Of a stretch of DNA of 64,000 bases, positions 1 to 8,816 are shown piece by piece. The notes under the pieces were generated by a model, which was not told where the DNA came from, ran no database searches, and saw nothing but the letters and a program-made list of their open reading frames with translations. The DNA is taken from positions 1-64,000 of the IMG/VR virus record IMGVR_UViG_3300042514_001262. The stretch is one strand, 5' to 3'. The translations under genes were made by a program, and so were the position numbers. How positions within the stretch are numbered: position 1 is the first letter of the stretch; the number at the start of each line of letters is the position of its first letter. Source of the DNA: a virus.

Positions 1-1
1 A

Positions 2-124
2 GGGGATTGTCTCTTTATTAAAGATTACTCGTCCCCTCAGCGTAAATACCTATATGAATTATTGGAATCCAATGGATTTGATAAAAAAGTGTTGTATCGT
101 AAATTTACGACTTATCCGAAATAG
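2..124 (+). CDS. 3' end of a plus-strand ORF running in from the left edge (partial)
   Basis: Open frame from position 2 (GDCLFIKDYSSPQRKYLYELLESNGFDKKVLYRKFTTYPK) to TAG 122-124, convergent with 105..356. Confidence 0.4.
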   Translation, partial: GDCLFIKDYSSPQRKYLYELLESNGFDKKVLYRKFTTYPK

Positions 125-356
125 AATCTTTCGGTTCTTCCATTAAAATAAAATGAAATTCTGTCCCTGAAATATCTATTGAAAATTGTTTGTGGTGTCT
201 ATCAATTTCTCTGAAATGTTGGATGACGCTTGTATACTCGCCTTTTGGTAATTCAAATATGATGGTCCCCTTTCCACTAAACATTGATTGAACTGACTCA
301 GCGATTAGTGCCAACTTTTCTAACTCCCCAAGAGTAATATTTTGATTTTCCGCCAT
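105..356 (-). CDS. hypothetical protein (83 aa)
   Basis: ATG start; last gene of a tightly overlapped minus-strand run. Confidence 0.7.
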   Translation of the reverse strand: MAENQNITLGELEKLALIAESVQSMFSGKGTIIFELPKGEYTSVIQHFREIDRHHKQFSIDISGTEFHFILMEEPKDSISDKS

Positions 357-514
357 AAACTTAATTTAACTGGTTTTGGAAAAAGGTCTTCCTTTTTCAT
401 ATTCTTCATTTCTTTAATTATTTTTAGTTTTTCTTTGTCGAGTTGTCGTTGGTCTTTTAGTTTTTCACTATTGAGCCAATTCAACAGCGTCTGACTCCTG
501 TTCGTCGTGCTCAT
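320..514 (-). CDS. small basic hypothetical protein (64 aa)
   Basis: Overlaps both neighbours; Lys-rich with a hydrophobic C-terminus. Confidence 0.6.
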   Translation of the reverse strand: MSTTNRSQTLLNWLNSEKLKDQRQLDKEKLKIIKEMKNMKKEDLFPKPVKLSLWRKIKILLLGS

Positions 515-929
515 CTTCTAATTCTGTTTCTGTTTCAGTGTTTAAATCTATATCCAAATCATCTTCATCAAAATCAAAATACAAATTTTTAAGTTTATCT
601 AAATCGGTTTTTTCGAAAGTTTGTTTCAATTCTTCTACAGTTTGTTTGAACAATCTCTCTTTCAATTCCCTCTCTTTATTCAACTTAATCAATTTACCTA
701 TTTTAACTAAGGTGACTGACACATCTCGTTCGTCAATTGGACAAATAAATGTAATTCCTTTTGAATTTGAGTCTTCTACCTCAAATCCTATAACTTGTCC
801 CTCTTCTACTATACTCTTTGGTATAGACCATTTTGATGGGAATTTCATATCAAAACTTAGATATGATTCCAATTTTCTTATTGAATGGACATATTCAATA
901 AATGGTGCTATTTCTTTATAAAAACTCAT
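468..929 (-). CDS. hypothetical protein with acidic C-terminal tail
   Basis: 153 aa; ATGA overlap with the upstream gene; coiled-coil-like middle and D/E-rich tail. Confidence 0.75.
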   Translation of the reverse strand: MSFYKEIAPFIEYVHSIRKLESYLSFDMKFPSKWSIPKSIVEEGQVIGFEVEDSNSKGITFICPIDERDVSVTLVKIGKLIKLNKERELKERLFKQTVEELKQTFEKTDLDKLKNLYFDFDEDDLDIDLNTETETELEDEHDEQESDAVELAQ

Positions 930-1114
930 TTTTGTATAAGATATGTTATTATATAACTAATTGATACCCCTAATAGGATAAGTTCCCTGTTACTAAAGAC
1001 CAATGGTTTTGGTTCTTTTTGTAACAGGGCGCTTAAAAACTTTGTGACATTTTTTAATGACACTAATATTGTAAACACAAATATAAAAAGATATATCGTA
1101 TCAATATTATGCAT
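926..1114 (-). CDS. small two-TM membrane protein
   Basis: Two hydrophobic stretches (IYLFIFVFTILVSL; LILLGVSISYIITYLI). Confidence 0.7.
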   Translation of the reverse strand: MHNIDTIYLFIFVFTILVSLKNVTKFLSALLQKEPKPLVFSNRELILLGVSISYIITYLIQK

Positions 1115-1289
1115 CTTTCTCTGTCTTGTTGTGTTCTAAAACTTCACCTCTTAATTTTTGAAGTAAAGCTTTTAACTCCTGAGCTGACTTTCTAGCTCTC
1201 GTACCTGCACTTTTGTTCCCGCTAAAGAACTTTGTTGTATCTACCGAAAGTGTTTCAGTCAATACTTTAATTTGCTCTAATGTTTCCAT
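1107..1289 (-). CDS. histone H1-like (Hc1-family) small basic protein
   Basis: Contains GNKSAGTRARKSAQELK, the characteristic Hc1-like motif of ~60-aa Bacteroidota and phage proteins. Confidence 0.75.
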   Translation of the reverse strand: METLEQIKVLTETLSVDTTKFFSGNKSAGTRARKSAQELKALLQKLRGEVLEHNKTEKDA

Positions 1290-1369
1290 TTTCTAAAATT
1301 TATAATTGTTTATTTTTATAATACTTAAAAAGTAAGTTTTTTCTTTCTGGTGTAAATAGAATCAAGGAT

Positions 1370-1828
1370 TTATTCAATATTTTTTTCCATCAATTTATAT
1401 AATTCCGTCAATAAATCTAAATCTAATTTTGAAAAAGTGATATCGGTATCAAATATTTCAGTTAAAAACTTATCAATTGATTGTTTAACACTATCTTTTG
1501 ATTGATTATAAAATGTATCCATAAAAAATGATTTGAAGTAATCTCTATGCTCTCCATCCACCTTTATAATAATATTTTCTTTTCCGAAATTTTCAACCAT
1601 TTTATTCCAACACCAATCAAAATGTAATTTATTATCATCATTAGATAAAAATATTTTGGTCTCAGAGACATTTTCTCCGAGATACGTGTCCGAAATTATT
1701 TTTGTTAGGGATTTGGAAATATCACCATACAATTCAATTTTTTCATAATTCATATTATGAATATTGAACCATGTTATTACTTCGTCATGTGGTATTGGCT
1801 TAGTCATCCAAATAAAAAAATTCTCCAT
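1370..1828 (-). CDS. hypothetical protein (152 aa)
   Basis: Clean ORF in gene order. Confidence 0.75.
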   Translation of the reverse strand: MENFFIWMTKPIPHDEVITWFNIHNMNYEKIELYGDISKSLTKIISDTYLGENVSETKIFLSNDDNKLHFDWCWNKMVENFGKENIIIKVDGEHRDYFKSFFMDTFYNQSKDSVKQSIDKFLTEIFDTDITFSKLDLDLLTELYKLMEKNIE

Positions 1829-1852
1829 AGAGTTTTGTTTCTATGGAGAATT
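1812..1852 (-). terminator. 13-bp hairpin plus U-tract overlapping the start codon of 1370..1828
   Basis: aattctccataga (1819-1831) pairs with tctatggagaatt (1840-1852), 8-nt loop; the minus strand continues into a T-run. Confidence 0.6.
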
Positions 1853-1880
1853 ATAAGATAGTTTTATAAAATGTGAATTT

Positions 1881-3494
1881 TTATTGTGTTTTTCTGTTGT
1901 ATGAAATCAAATTCTTCATTTTTTGAAGGTCTTCTTTAATAATTTTTGTCGCCTTATCTTCAGTAGATTCTAATTGACTCATTATTTTGTTCGCCTTAGT
2001 TGTTGACCCTCCTTTAATACTTTTTAAAGAACCTGATTGTTTTTTATCACCAGCAATATCAACAGGAGCTATTGTTTTTTTATAGGTACCGTTCATTTGT
2101 TCCGCGCCATATAAATTTTCATCAAAATTTTTCTTGAATCTGTCACCAACCTTTGTACTTCTTTTTGAAACATTACCTAAAGCCTTACCATCTTTACTAG
2201 TAACTGCGTTACCGTTTTTAGAATCACCTTTAATTTGTTTTGTAATCATTTCATCATCAGGTTTAATTTCATCATAAACAAGATTTGTCATACCAGGATA
2301 AGAGAAAGACTCAATGTATTCTTCAACCGCATCTGATGGATGATACTTCATCTCATTATGTTCTTTCTCCATGTCGTAGTTACTTTGAGGGAAATCGTCA
2401 GGATTTTCATCATAACTTCCTCCACCCATATACATATCTTTCATGTAATCTTTCATTTTCTTAACAACACTTTTGGCATAGTCGTCATTTTCTTTTTTAC
2501 TTTCACCTTGAGCTTTCTTAGTTTTTTTCAAACCTTGCGGTTCTTTAACACTGAAGTTATTTTTTTCAGATGGGTCTTTAACAATTTGTTCTTTAACAAT
2601 ATTTTCAATCATGTCAATCAACTCATTTTCTGTCAAAGCCAATGTATCTTTACTTTCTTTAAGACCACCCAAAGTAAGTGCCATGTTTACTTGTTTCAAT
2701 AATTTAGAATCAGCTGCGGAAAGTTTTTTATCACCTTTAGCCTTAGCCATCAAATATTTTTTAAGCGAATTTAATTTTGATTTTGGTATTTTGTCACCTT
2801 CAGGTATATTTAATTTCTTATGTAATGCACCTTTTTTCATATCAGTATCTTGAATCCATTTATTTTTAGATTCATACATACCTCTATTACCACATTCATT
2901 ACATTCACCTTCTTCCAAATCTTTAGCAATTCTAACTCTAAATGGTTTACCACCAAATTTTTGTTGATACACATTAAAGAACTTTTCACCGTCATTTGGC
3001 CCAAACCATCTTTGATTTTTACCATGTTTTGCCATCAATGATGGGAAATCTTCAAATTCCTCTTCTTCATAATCAAAATCAAAATCACCTGAATGTTGTC
3101 TATCAGATTGGTCAAACCAACCGTGTTCATCATCAAATGAACCAAACATTTTGTTTCTGATTTTATTTTTAATTTTATTGTCAGCCAAACCTTTACCAAC
3201 ATATGTTGGTTCGTTTTGAGACAATTCTTCAGCTTCTTCCTCATCGTTGTAGAAATATTCTTCAACCTCTTTTTTGTGAGTTTTGGCATCTCTTAACTTT
3301 TTAAAATCTGCTGCAGTAATTTTACCTTTAGGTTCCGCAACATCAATCTTTGATTGATTACCATGTAATTCTTCGTCCATATCAATTTCTTCCCATTGAC
3401 CTTTTGTCTCTGTGATATGTTTAACTTTAGATTCAATTTCTTCATTAAGAATTTTTGAAACTAATTTATCAATATTTGTTTGAAAGTTCTTCAT
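1881..3494 (-). CDS. highly charged modular protein, probable head-internal/virion protein
   Basis: 537 aa, K/E/D-rich, repeated hydrophobic-x-E motifs (ILNEE, LKES, LTENELIDMIENIVKE, IIKED); TATTTATA upstream. Confidence 0.6.
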   Translation of the reverse strand: MKNFQTNIDKLVSKILNEEIESKVKHITETKGQWEEIDMDEELHGNQSKIDVAEPKGKITAADFKKLRDAKTHKKEVEEYFYNDEEEAEELSQNEPTYVGKGLADNKIKNKIRNKMFGSFDDEHGWFDQSDRQHSGDFDFDYEEEEFEDFPSLMAKHGKNQRWFGPNDGEKFFNVYQQKFGGKPFRVRIAKDLEEGECNECGNRGMYESKNKWIQDTDMKKGALHKKLNIPEGDKIPKSKLNSLKKYLMAKAKGDKKLSAADSKLLKQVNMALTLGGLKESKDTLALTENELIDMIENIVKEQIVKDPSEKNNFSVKEPQGLKKTKKAQGESKKENDDYAKSVVKKMKDYMKDMYMGGGSYDENPDDFPQSNYDMEKEHNEMKYHPSDAVEEYIESFSYPGMTNLVYDEIKPDDEMITKQIKGDSKNGNAVTSKDGKALGNVSKRSTKVGDRFKKNFDENLYGAEQMNGTYKKTIAPVDIAGDKKQSGSLKSIKGGSTTKANKIMSQLESTEDKATKIIKEDLQKMKNLISYNRKTQ

Positions 3495-3508
3495 CGTGTA
3501 TTTTTTAT

Positions 3509-3516
3509 TATAAATA
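3509..3516 (-). promoter_or_regulatory. TATTTATA phage promoter-like motif
   Basis: 14 nt upstream of ATG 3494; the same motif recurs before other structural genes. Confidence 0.55.
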
Positions 3517-3519
3517 TCT

Positions 3520-4326
3520 TTATTTTATTCTTTTACCTATATTTTCGTACTCATGTTCTAAAATAGTCATGATAACATCTTTACTGACACCAAGTTTCTT
3601 AGCAACATTATCAATTGCTTCTTTAACCGACTCATTCTTACTGATTTTCAAGTTATTAATATCTCCTTGATTACAATAAGGGAACTTAGTACATTTCTTT
3701 TTTATTTTAACAAATCCTCCACCAGGGTATTGAGTTTTTCTACTTGGACCCCAATCTTTCTTACTTGTTGATTTTGCCCACATAGACGGTGATTCATATG
3801 CACCCGATGAACCAGTAGTTGTTGCTTCTTTAGCTTCAACTTTATCAAATTCACTTTCTTTTAATTTCGGATTTTCAGCCCGACTTTTTTTCCAAAACTC
3901 ATCATTACCACCAAAAACAGGTCCCGAATATGCACCTGAAGAACCTGAACCCGTTGCTTCTTTAGTTTCGGATTTATCTAATCTACTATATTTCTTCTTA
4001 TCAATAAATGGGTCTTTATATGCAACATTTGGTGTACCAAAACTATATTTTGTCCTATTGTCGGTATATTCCGCATTTTTTTTAAACTCCAAATAATCTT
4101 TATCAACCATCAAATCTTTATTGAATTGGTCTTTAGCCGATTTTTTTAGTTTTTTACTTTTAGATAAAAAAGTTTCGTACTCGTTATCGTCATCATCCAC
4201 TTCTTCAGTGAAACCTGATTTATACTTATTTGCATCCATCATAGTACTACTATTGATTTTAACATTTGGTTGAGTTGTAAATGCTTTATCAATTGCATTT
4301 TTAAATTCTTGTCCTGAACTTTTCAT
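3520..4326 (-). CDS. charged hypothetical protein with a duplicated EATxxGSSGAY motif (probable head-internal protein)
   Basis: ATG at 4326 lies just after the upstream stop and is preferred to the longer track start; contains EATGSGSSGAYSGP and EATTTGSSGAYESP. Confidence 0.65.
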   Translation of the reverse strand: MKSSGQEFKNAIDKAFTTQPNVKINSSTMMDANKYKSGFTEEVDDDDNEYETFLSKSKKLKKSAKDQFNKDLMVDKDYLEFKKNAEYTDNRTKYSFGTPNVAYKDPFIDKKKYSRLDKSETKEATGSGSSGAYSGPVFGGNDEFWKKSRAENPKLKESEFDKVEAKEATTTGSSGAYESPSMWAKSTSKKDWGPSRKTQYPGGGFVKIKKKCTKFPYCNQGDINNLKISKNESVKEAIDNVAKKLGVSKDVIMTILEHEYENIGKRIK

Positions 4327-4328
4327 AT

Positions 4329-4574
4329 TTAAGCGTTTTTTAATCTTGGTTCCCAATAGCTACGATTCATCCACATAAATTGGTAGAATTCTCTAAACAT
4401 TCTTAGGGTTATGTCTTTTACATCATCTTCGAGTTTACCTCTTTTGATTTCTTTTGAAATCTTATCCATTAACTTATCTTCGAATTGTTTAATGGTGTTG
4501 TTTTCCATAAAGCTTCTTATTTCTTTACGAATCATAATTTGAATTTCTTTTTGTTCTGAACTTGTAAGTGCCAT
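4329..4574 (-). CDS. hypothetical protein (81 aa)
   Basis: TAATG stop/start coupling with the upstream gene. Confidence 0.75.
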   Translation of the reverse strand: MALTSSEQKEIQIMIRKEIRSFMENNTIKQFEDKLMDKISKEIKRGKLEDDVKDITLRMFREFYQFMWMNRSYWEPRLKNA

Positions 4575-4987
4575 TATTTTATTATTAGGAAGAAGGTTAA
4601 TGCCACGACAGCAACACCAGATAAAACGGATGTAAATTTATTTTTGACTTTTTGTTTCTTTAGGTCCCACTCAACTTTTTTAATGTGACCTTCTAAAGTA
4701 GAATATTTTTGATTTTGAGCATCAATAATAACATTGTAGTTAGATTCTTTAACTCTCAATAGTGATATCACACTATCTTTCAGTTCAACCTTTTTCTCAG
4801 TTTCCAATAGTTGGTCTCCAACTAATTTCAATTGAGCTTTCGCAGAATCCCCACTCATTAAATCTTTTATGATTAGTTTAACAACAGGTATTGGGAAACA
4901 TTTTGTTGGTTGATTATTTGTATCTGTTTGAGAAAAAGCTGTCAATCTCAGGGTCAGTATACATATCAACACGAATAATTTCTTCAT
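4574..4987 (-). CDS. signal-peptide, coiled-coil, C-terminal TM protein; putative spanin-like lysis component
   Basis: MKKLFVLICILTLRLTAFS|Q signal peptide; C-terminal hydrophobic SVLSGVAVVALTFFLIIK; overlaps the upstream TM/coiled-coil gene by 74 nt. Confidence 0.5.
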   Translation of the reverse strand: MKKLFVLICILTLRLTAFSQTDTNNQPTKCFPIPVVKLIIKDLMSGDSAKAQLKLVGDQLLETEKKVELKDSVISLLRVKESNYNVIIDAQNQKYSTLEGHIKKVEWDLKKQKVKNKFTSVLSGVAVVALTFFLIIK

Positions 4988-5264
4988 GATATTTTTTTCC
5001 TGTTTTTTCTTTATTTGTTTTTATTTTTGATATGTCATTATCAATCTTATCAACTTCTTTATTAACACTTTCTATTTTAGTTTCTAAAACAATTTGTTCT
5101 TTATTGATTTGATTTACAACATTAGTTAATGAGTCAAGTTTAGATATGTCTTCTTTACTCATAGTACTACCAGGTGTTAAAACAAAAATAACCCAATATA
5201 AAAGAAACAACCCACCCAAAAAGAGTAGAATTGTTTTATAATATTTTGTTATGAAATTTTTCAT
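4914..5264 (-). CDS. N-terminal TM plus coiled-coil protein; putative i-spanin-like
   Basis: TM segment TILLFLGGLFLLYWVIFVL followed by a heptad-rich region; near the endolysin. Confidence 0.5.
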   Translation of the reverse strand: MKNFITKYYKTILLFLGGLFLLYWVIFVLTPGSTMSKEDISKLDSLTNVVNQINKEQIVLETKIESVNKEVDKIDNDISKIKTNKEKTGKKYHEEIIRVDMYTDPEIDSFFSNRYK

Positions 5265-5265
5265 G

Positions 5266-5838
5266 TTATTCTGGTGATTCTTTAGTTTTCTTTCTGTTAG
5301 CTAAAACTTTACCCCATTTAGATTTAAACTTTTGGTAGAATTGTTGAAGTTTATTTATACTATCTAAAAATTCTTCGTCAACTTTAATCATATCGCCATT
5401 GATGTAGATTCCACTATTTTCTCCAATTGTGAGCGTAAAATCAATATCTTGGTCAATAATTTTACCTGACCAATCAACATTGTTTTGATAAACATTCAAT
5501 GTGTTGAAATCCGCCAAATCAGAAACTTCTTCCACAAATTCATCCATCGTTTCTTGGAAAGCAACTTTCTCATCTGTCGTGATATCTAAATCACCTCTGT
5601 CTTTACCATGTAAAGCCATGATACCACCAGATATCCTATACTTTTGTGTTTTATCTTTTGGAGAAGGAGTTTTATCCTCTTCTCTGTCATCTACCGCAGT
5701 TTCGTAATCCATGTCTTGGTCGATTCTACTTTGGACGCTTAGCGCCATGTTATCTTGAGTTTCTTGCTCAAATAACATTTTTGATTTTTTTAACAACGAC
5801 TTAATTTCGTCGTATCTGTCGTTATGTAAATTGCCCAT
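5266..5838 (-). CDS. hypothetical protein (190 aa)
   Basis: Clean ORF coupled to its neighbours. Confidence 0.75.
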   Translation of the reverse strand: MGNLHNDRYDEIKSLLKKSKMLFEQETQDNMALSVQSRIDQDMDYETAVDDREEDKTPSPKDKTQKYRISGGIMALHGKDRGDLDITTDEKVAFQETMDEFVEEVSDLADFNTLNVYQNNVDWSGKIIDQDIDFTLTIGENSGIYINGDMIKVDEEFLDSINKLQQFYQKFKSKWGKVLANRKKTKESPE

Positions 5839-6427
5839 GTTCTAATAATTTATTAAAAGTTTCAAAGTTAAAAGATGGATTTAAATCTGTGTATTTTGAA
5901 TTGAAATTGCTTCTTGAAACAATCCCTTCAAATCCCTGAATACCATCAATTTTGGTATTGTGGCCAACACAATTCTTTTTAATTCGGATTTCAGTTGTTA
6001 GGTGATAACATAATTCAGCAACAGTTTCAACCTGTTTGCTGTTATATGGTTCCCAAAAAAAGAAATCTCTCCATTTTTTCTCGTAAACCTGTTGATTATA
6101 AATACTCCCTTTCCAGTTAATATGATAATCTGTTAGAGGTTTCTTTTCTAACCAACCTAAATTTTCTAAACAGACGACAATTCCATTCCTATTTATATTG
6201 TCATCTTGAAAAAAATTGGTGTATCCGTCGTTGGTCAACAATTGTAATATCGTTCCATTCTTAGTTATTACATAATTTGGAATCTTATCATAATTGGAAT
6301 TACACCTAAATTCAAGGGAGGTTAAGTATTCCTCAACCTCCCTTGAAGTATGACATAAGATAATTTGTTTTTTCTTTTTCTGTTTACCTACTGATTTGAA
6401 ATTTCCGTATTTTTCAATATTAAGCAT
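5822..6427 (-). CDS. N-acetylmuramoyl-L-alanine amidase (Amidase_2-like), putative endolysin
   Basis: IILCHT, YVITKNGTILQL, GIVVCLEN, Y.SKQ and VGHN elements in Amidase_2 order. Confidence 0.7.
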   Translation of the reverse strand: MLNIEKYGNFKSVGKQKKKKQIILCHTSREVEEYLTSLEFRCNSNYDKIPNYVITKNGTILQLLTNDGYTNFFQDDNINRNGIVVCLENLGWLEKKPLTDYHINWKGSIYNQQVYEKKWRDFFFWEPYNSKQVETVAELCYHLTTEIRIKKNCVGHNTKIDGIQGFEGIVSRSNFNSKYTDLNPSFNFETFNKLLEHGQFT

Positions 6428-7133
6428 CTCTTTTGGTGTAACTTAGGATTTTTTTCTCGGGGTCATCGTTTGTTGGTTCTTCTTGGATTTCTTCAACAAA
6501 AATACCAAACTTTTGTTCGTTAATCCTTCTCAATTCCTCCTCAAGTTTGTCCAAATCTTCTTGAGTTGGTGTGTATTTTTCTTTTTCTATTTCAGCTTCT
6601 CTTTTACCAGCCTCAATACTTAACTCATCAATGTCAATAACAGGTTGTGGAAGTTCGACCACATTCTTTTTCTCTTCTTCTTCAAATTTAATTAACATGT
6701 GAAGAAAAGACAATGATATTATTGGTAACATACCACCAGCAAATAACGATAAGAATCTTTTATGACCAACTGGGTCACCTGATTCAACACCAAGATAAGA
6801 AACAATTGGGTCTACCATATCAACCCAATCCTTAAATGCCTGAGAATCTACATTTATATATTGATAAGCAAAAAAAATGTTACCAATAAATTGAATGAGG
6901 GTTACAATGCCAAATGGAAAATACACTTTCTTTCCCATCTTTGCCGATATTGCAGCAAGAGCAGATAATGCAGCAATCTCAATACCAATTGACAAATAAA
7001 TCGCCCAACTTACAGGATTGGATAACCCATACCAACTAGTTACGTGCGATATTGAAACCCCAGCAACCGTTAGGATTGGAACCAAAAACGCAATATAAAT
7101 TATTGCCTTAAAATTCTTTTGAATCCAATTCAT
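6420..7133 (-). CDS. multi-TM membrane protein (holin candidate)
   Basis: About four hydrophobic helices then a charged tail; immediately upstream of the amidase. Confidence 0.55.
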   Translation of the reverse strand: MNWIQKNFKAIIYIAFLVPILTVAGVSISHVTSWYGLSNPVSWAIYLSIGIEIAALSALAAISAKMGKKVYFPFGIVTLIQFIGNIFFAYQYINVDSQAFKDWVDMVDPIVSYLGVESGDPVGHKRFLSLFAGGMLPIISLSFLHMLIKFEEEEKKNVVELPQPVIDIDELSIEAGKREAEIEKEKYTPTQEDLDKLEEELRRINEQKFGIFVEEIQEEPTNDDPEKKILSYTKRDA

Positions 7134-7134
7134 A

Positions 7135-7416
7135 TTATTTCAATTTTAAATCTTTAATTTCTTCCTCAATTTGAGTTTGTCTTTGAATGTCCAATAATTT
7201 TCTATCGGTTGCTTGAATCATTCTTTTCTCAGATTCTAATCCCATAATTTTTAATTCTTTGTTTAACTCTGTTTTAGTATAAGTCGAATCTTTGATGGAT
7301 TCAATCTCTTTTCTCATTTTAGTCAATTCTCTACTATCACCACATCCTTTAAAAAAACTGATTATAGTAAGTACCAACACAATAACAATAAAATTTTTTT
7401 GTATAAAGTTTTTCAT
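7135..7416 (-). CDS. small N-terminal TM/signal plus coiled-coil protein
   Basis: FIVIVLVLTIISFF hydrophobic segment followed by KGC and a charged helix. Confidence 0.7.
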   Translation of the reverse strand: MKNFIQKNFIVIVLVLTIISFFKGCGDSRELTKMRKEIESIKDSTYTKTELNKELKIMGLESEKRMIQATDRKLLDIQRQTQIEEEIKDLKLK

Positions 7417-7445
7417 ATTTTTTTTTGTTTTAGTTTTATCCTAAA

Positions 7446-7480
7446 TATAAAGGGTATATTAAATAAATACACCCTTTATA
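7446..7480 (-). terminator. hairpin downstream of the sigma gene, containing the TATTTATT motif
   Basis: tataaagggtatatt (7446-7460) pairs with aatacaccctttata (7466-7480) with one G-U wobble on the minus strand; motif at 7462-7469. Confidence 0.55.
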
Positions 7481-7485
7481 TAGTT

Positions 7486-8283
7486 TTAGAGATAGTCAAA
7501 CAAACTACCTGTCTCATTTCTTAATTTTCTTAGTCCCTTCTCTTTTATTTGACGAACCCTCTCTTTCGTTAAATCAAAGTCATTCCCTATATCCTCTAAT
7601 GTTCTTGTATTACCCGAAAGACCAAAATAATCCTCAATAATTACACGTTCTCGGTCATCCAAAACATTCAACATTTCTAATAACTTTTCTTTTAATGTAA
7701 CTTCTGTTGAAAGTCCTGCATCCGCCAATTCAGCATCAGGATTATTCAATACATCCAATAATGTATCTCCTTCTTCATTCAAAGGATTATCCAAATTTAC
7801 AATTGATGGTAATGATGCAAATTTTTCAGGTAGTTCCGTTCCATTAGAAACAAAATCTTTTTTGGCTCTGTGTAGTTCCTGAACCACATTTACCGGAAGA
7901 CGGATGGTTCTTGCATTATCATTCAGTGATTGCAAGATTGCTTGTCGAACCCACCAAACGGCATATGATATAAATCTCAATTTTTTCGACCAATCAAAAT
8001 TATCTATCGCCTTCATGAGACCATAGTTTCCTTCCGCAATTAGGTCAGGCAAATCTAAACCTTGATTTTGGTATTGCTTACTAACCGTAATCACAAAACG
8101 AAGATTACCTTCCAACAACTCTTGTTGAATCTGTTTTTTCTCCATTTCTGTGACGGTACCTGAAAGCATTCGTTCTGAAAGCTCTCTTTCACGTTCAGGA
8201 GTCATTACTCGTAGTTTGCGAATATCTTTAAGATATTCCGCAATTTCTTCTTGGTTGATAGGTATTAGTGATTTTTCTTTCAT
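7486..8283 (-). CDS. sigma70-family RNA polymerase sigma factor (short RpoD/SigA type lacking region 1.1)
   Basis: YLKDI, NLRFVITVSKQYQNQGLDLPDLIAEGNYGL, FISYAVWWVRQAI, ARTIRLP, TLEDIG..LTKERVRQIKEKGLRKLR. Confidence 0.93.
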   Translation of the reverse strand: MKEKSLIPINQEEIAEYLKDIRKLRVMTPERERELSERMLSGTVTEMEKKQIQQELLEGNLRFVITVSKQYQNQGLDLPDLIAEGNYGLMKAIDNFDWSKKLRFISYAVWWVRQAILQSLNDNARTIRLPVNVVQELHRAKKDFVSNGTELPEKFASLPSIVNLDNPLNEEGDTLLDVLNNPDAELADAGLSTEVTLKEKLLEMLNVLDDRERVIIEDYFGLSGNTRTLEDIGNDFDLTKERVRQIKEKGLRKLRNETGSLFDYL

Positions 8284-8286
8284 ATC

Positions 8287-8802
8287 TTAATTTTTACTAT
8301 AATTTTCTAAAGTTCCTTTTTCAAATGGTGTAAGTGAGTCAACTCCTTCACTTTTAATCTTATCAAGTAGTTGGTCTAAAGTTGGCGCTTTCATATGTTT
8401 TTTTACTTCATTCAAAAGAAGTGCCACAAACTCATCGTCATCTTCATCGTCAAGATGTTGTGTGTTGTTTTTAGGTATTAATACCATGTCAGACTCATTT
8501 AATCCACCATTATCCTCCAAATTGAATAAATGGTCGATATAATTTTGTGACATAAAAACTGACACTTTGTCATTAAATTCTGACAAAATGAACGAATCAT
8601 ATAACTCGTAGGATGTTAATTCCAAAAACTCATGTATATCTTTCATACCCATTTCAGACGCAAAATGAATAATTAAAACACCTGTCATATGTTGGTATTT
8701 AAGCATTTTTGAATCCACAATCGGCGATAAAGCAAGTGCAATTTCTCTCAATTGTTTTTGGGATTGGAACTCACCAATTACTGTTAGAAGGTATTTTTTC
8801 AT
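8287..8802 (-). CDS. hypothetical protein
   Basis: 171 aa; C-terminal LDQLLDKIKSEGVDSLTPFEK helical motif (DUF6576-like, by recollection). Confidence 0.75.
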   Translation of the reverse strand: MKKYLLTVIGEFQSQKQLREIALALSPIVDSKMLKYQHMTGVLIIHFASEMGMKDIHEFLELTSYELYDSFILSEFNDKVSVFMSQNYIDHLFNLEDNGGLNESDMVLIPKNNTQHLDDEDDDEFVALLLNEVKKHMKAPTLDQLLDKIKSEGVDSLTPFEKGTLENYSKN

Positions 8803-8816
8803 ATTTGATATTTTGA

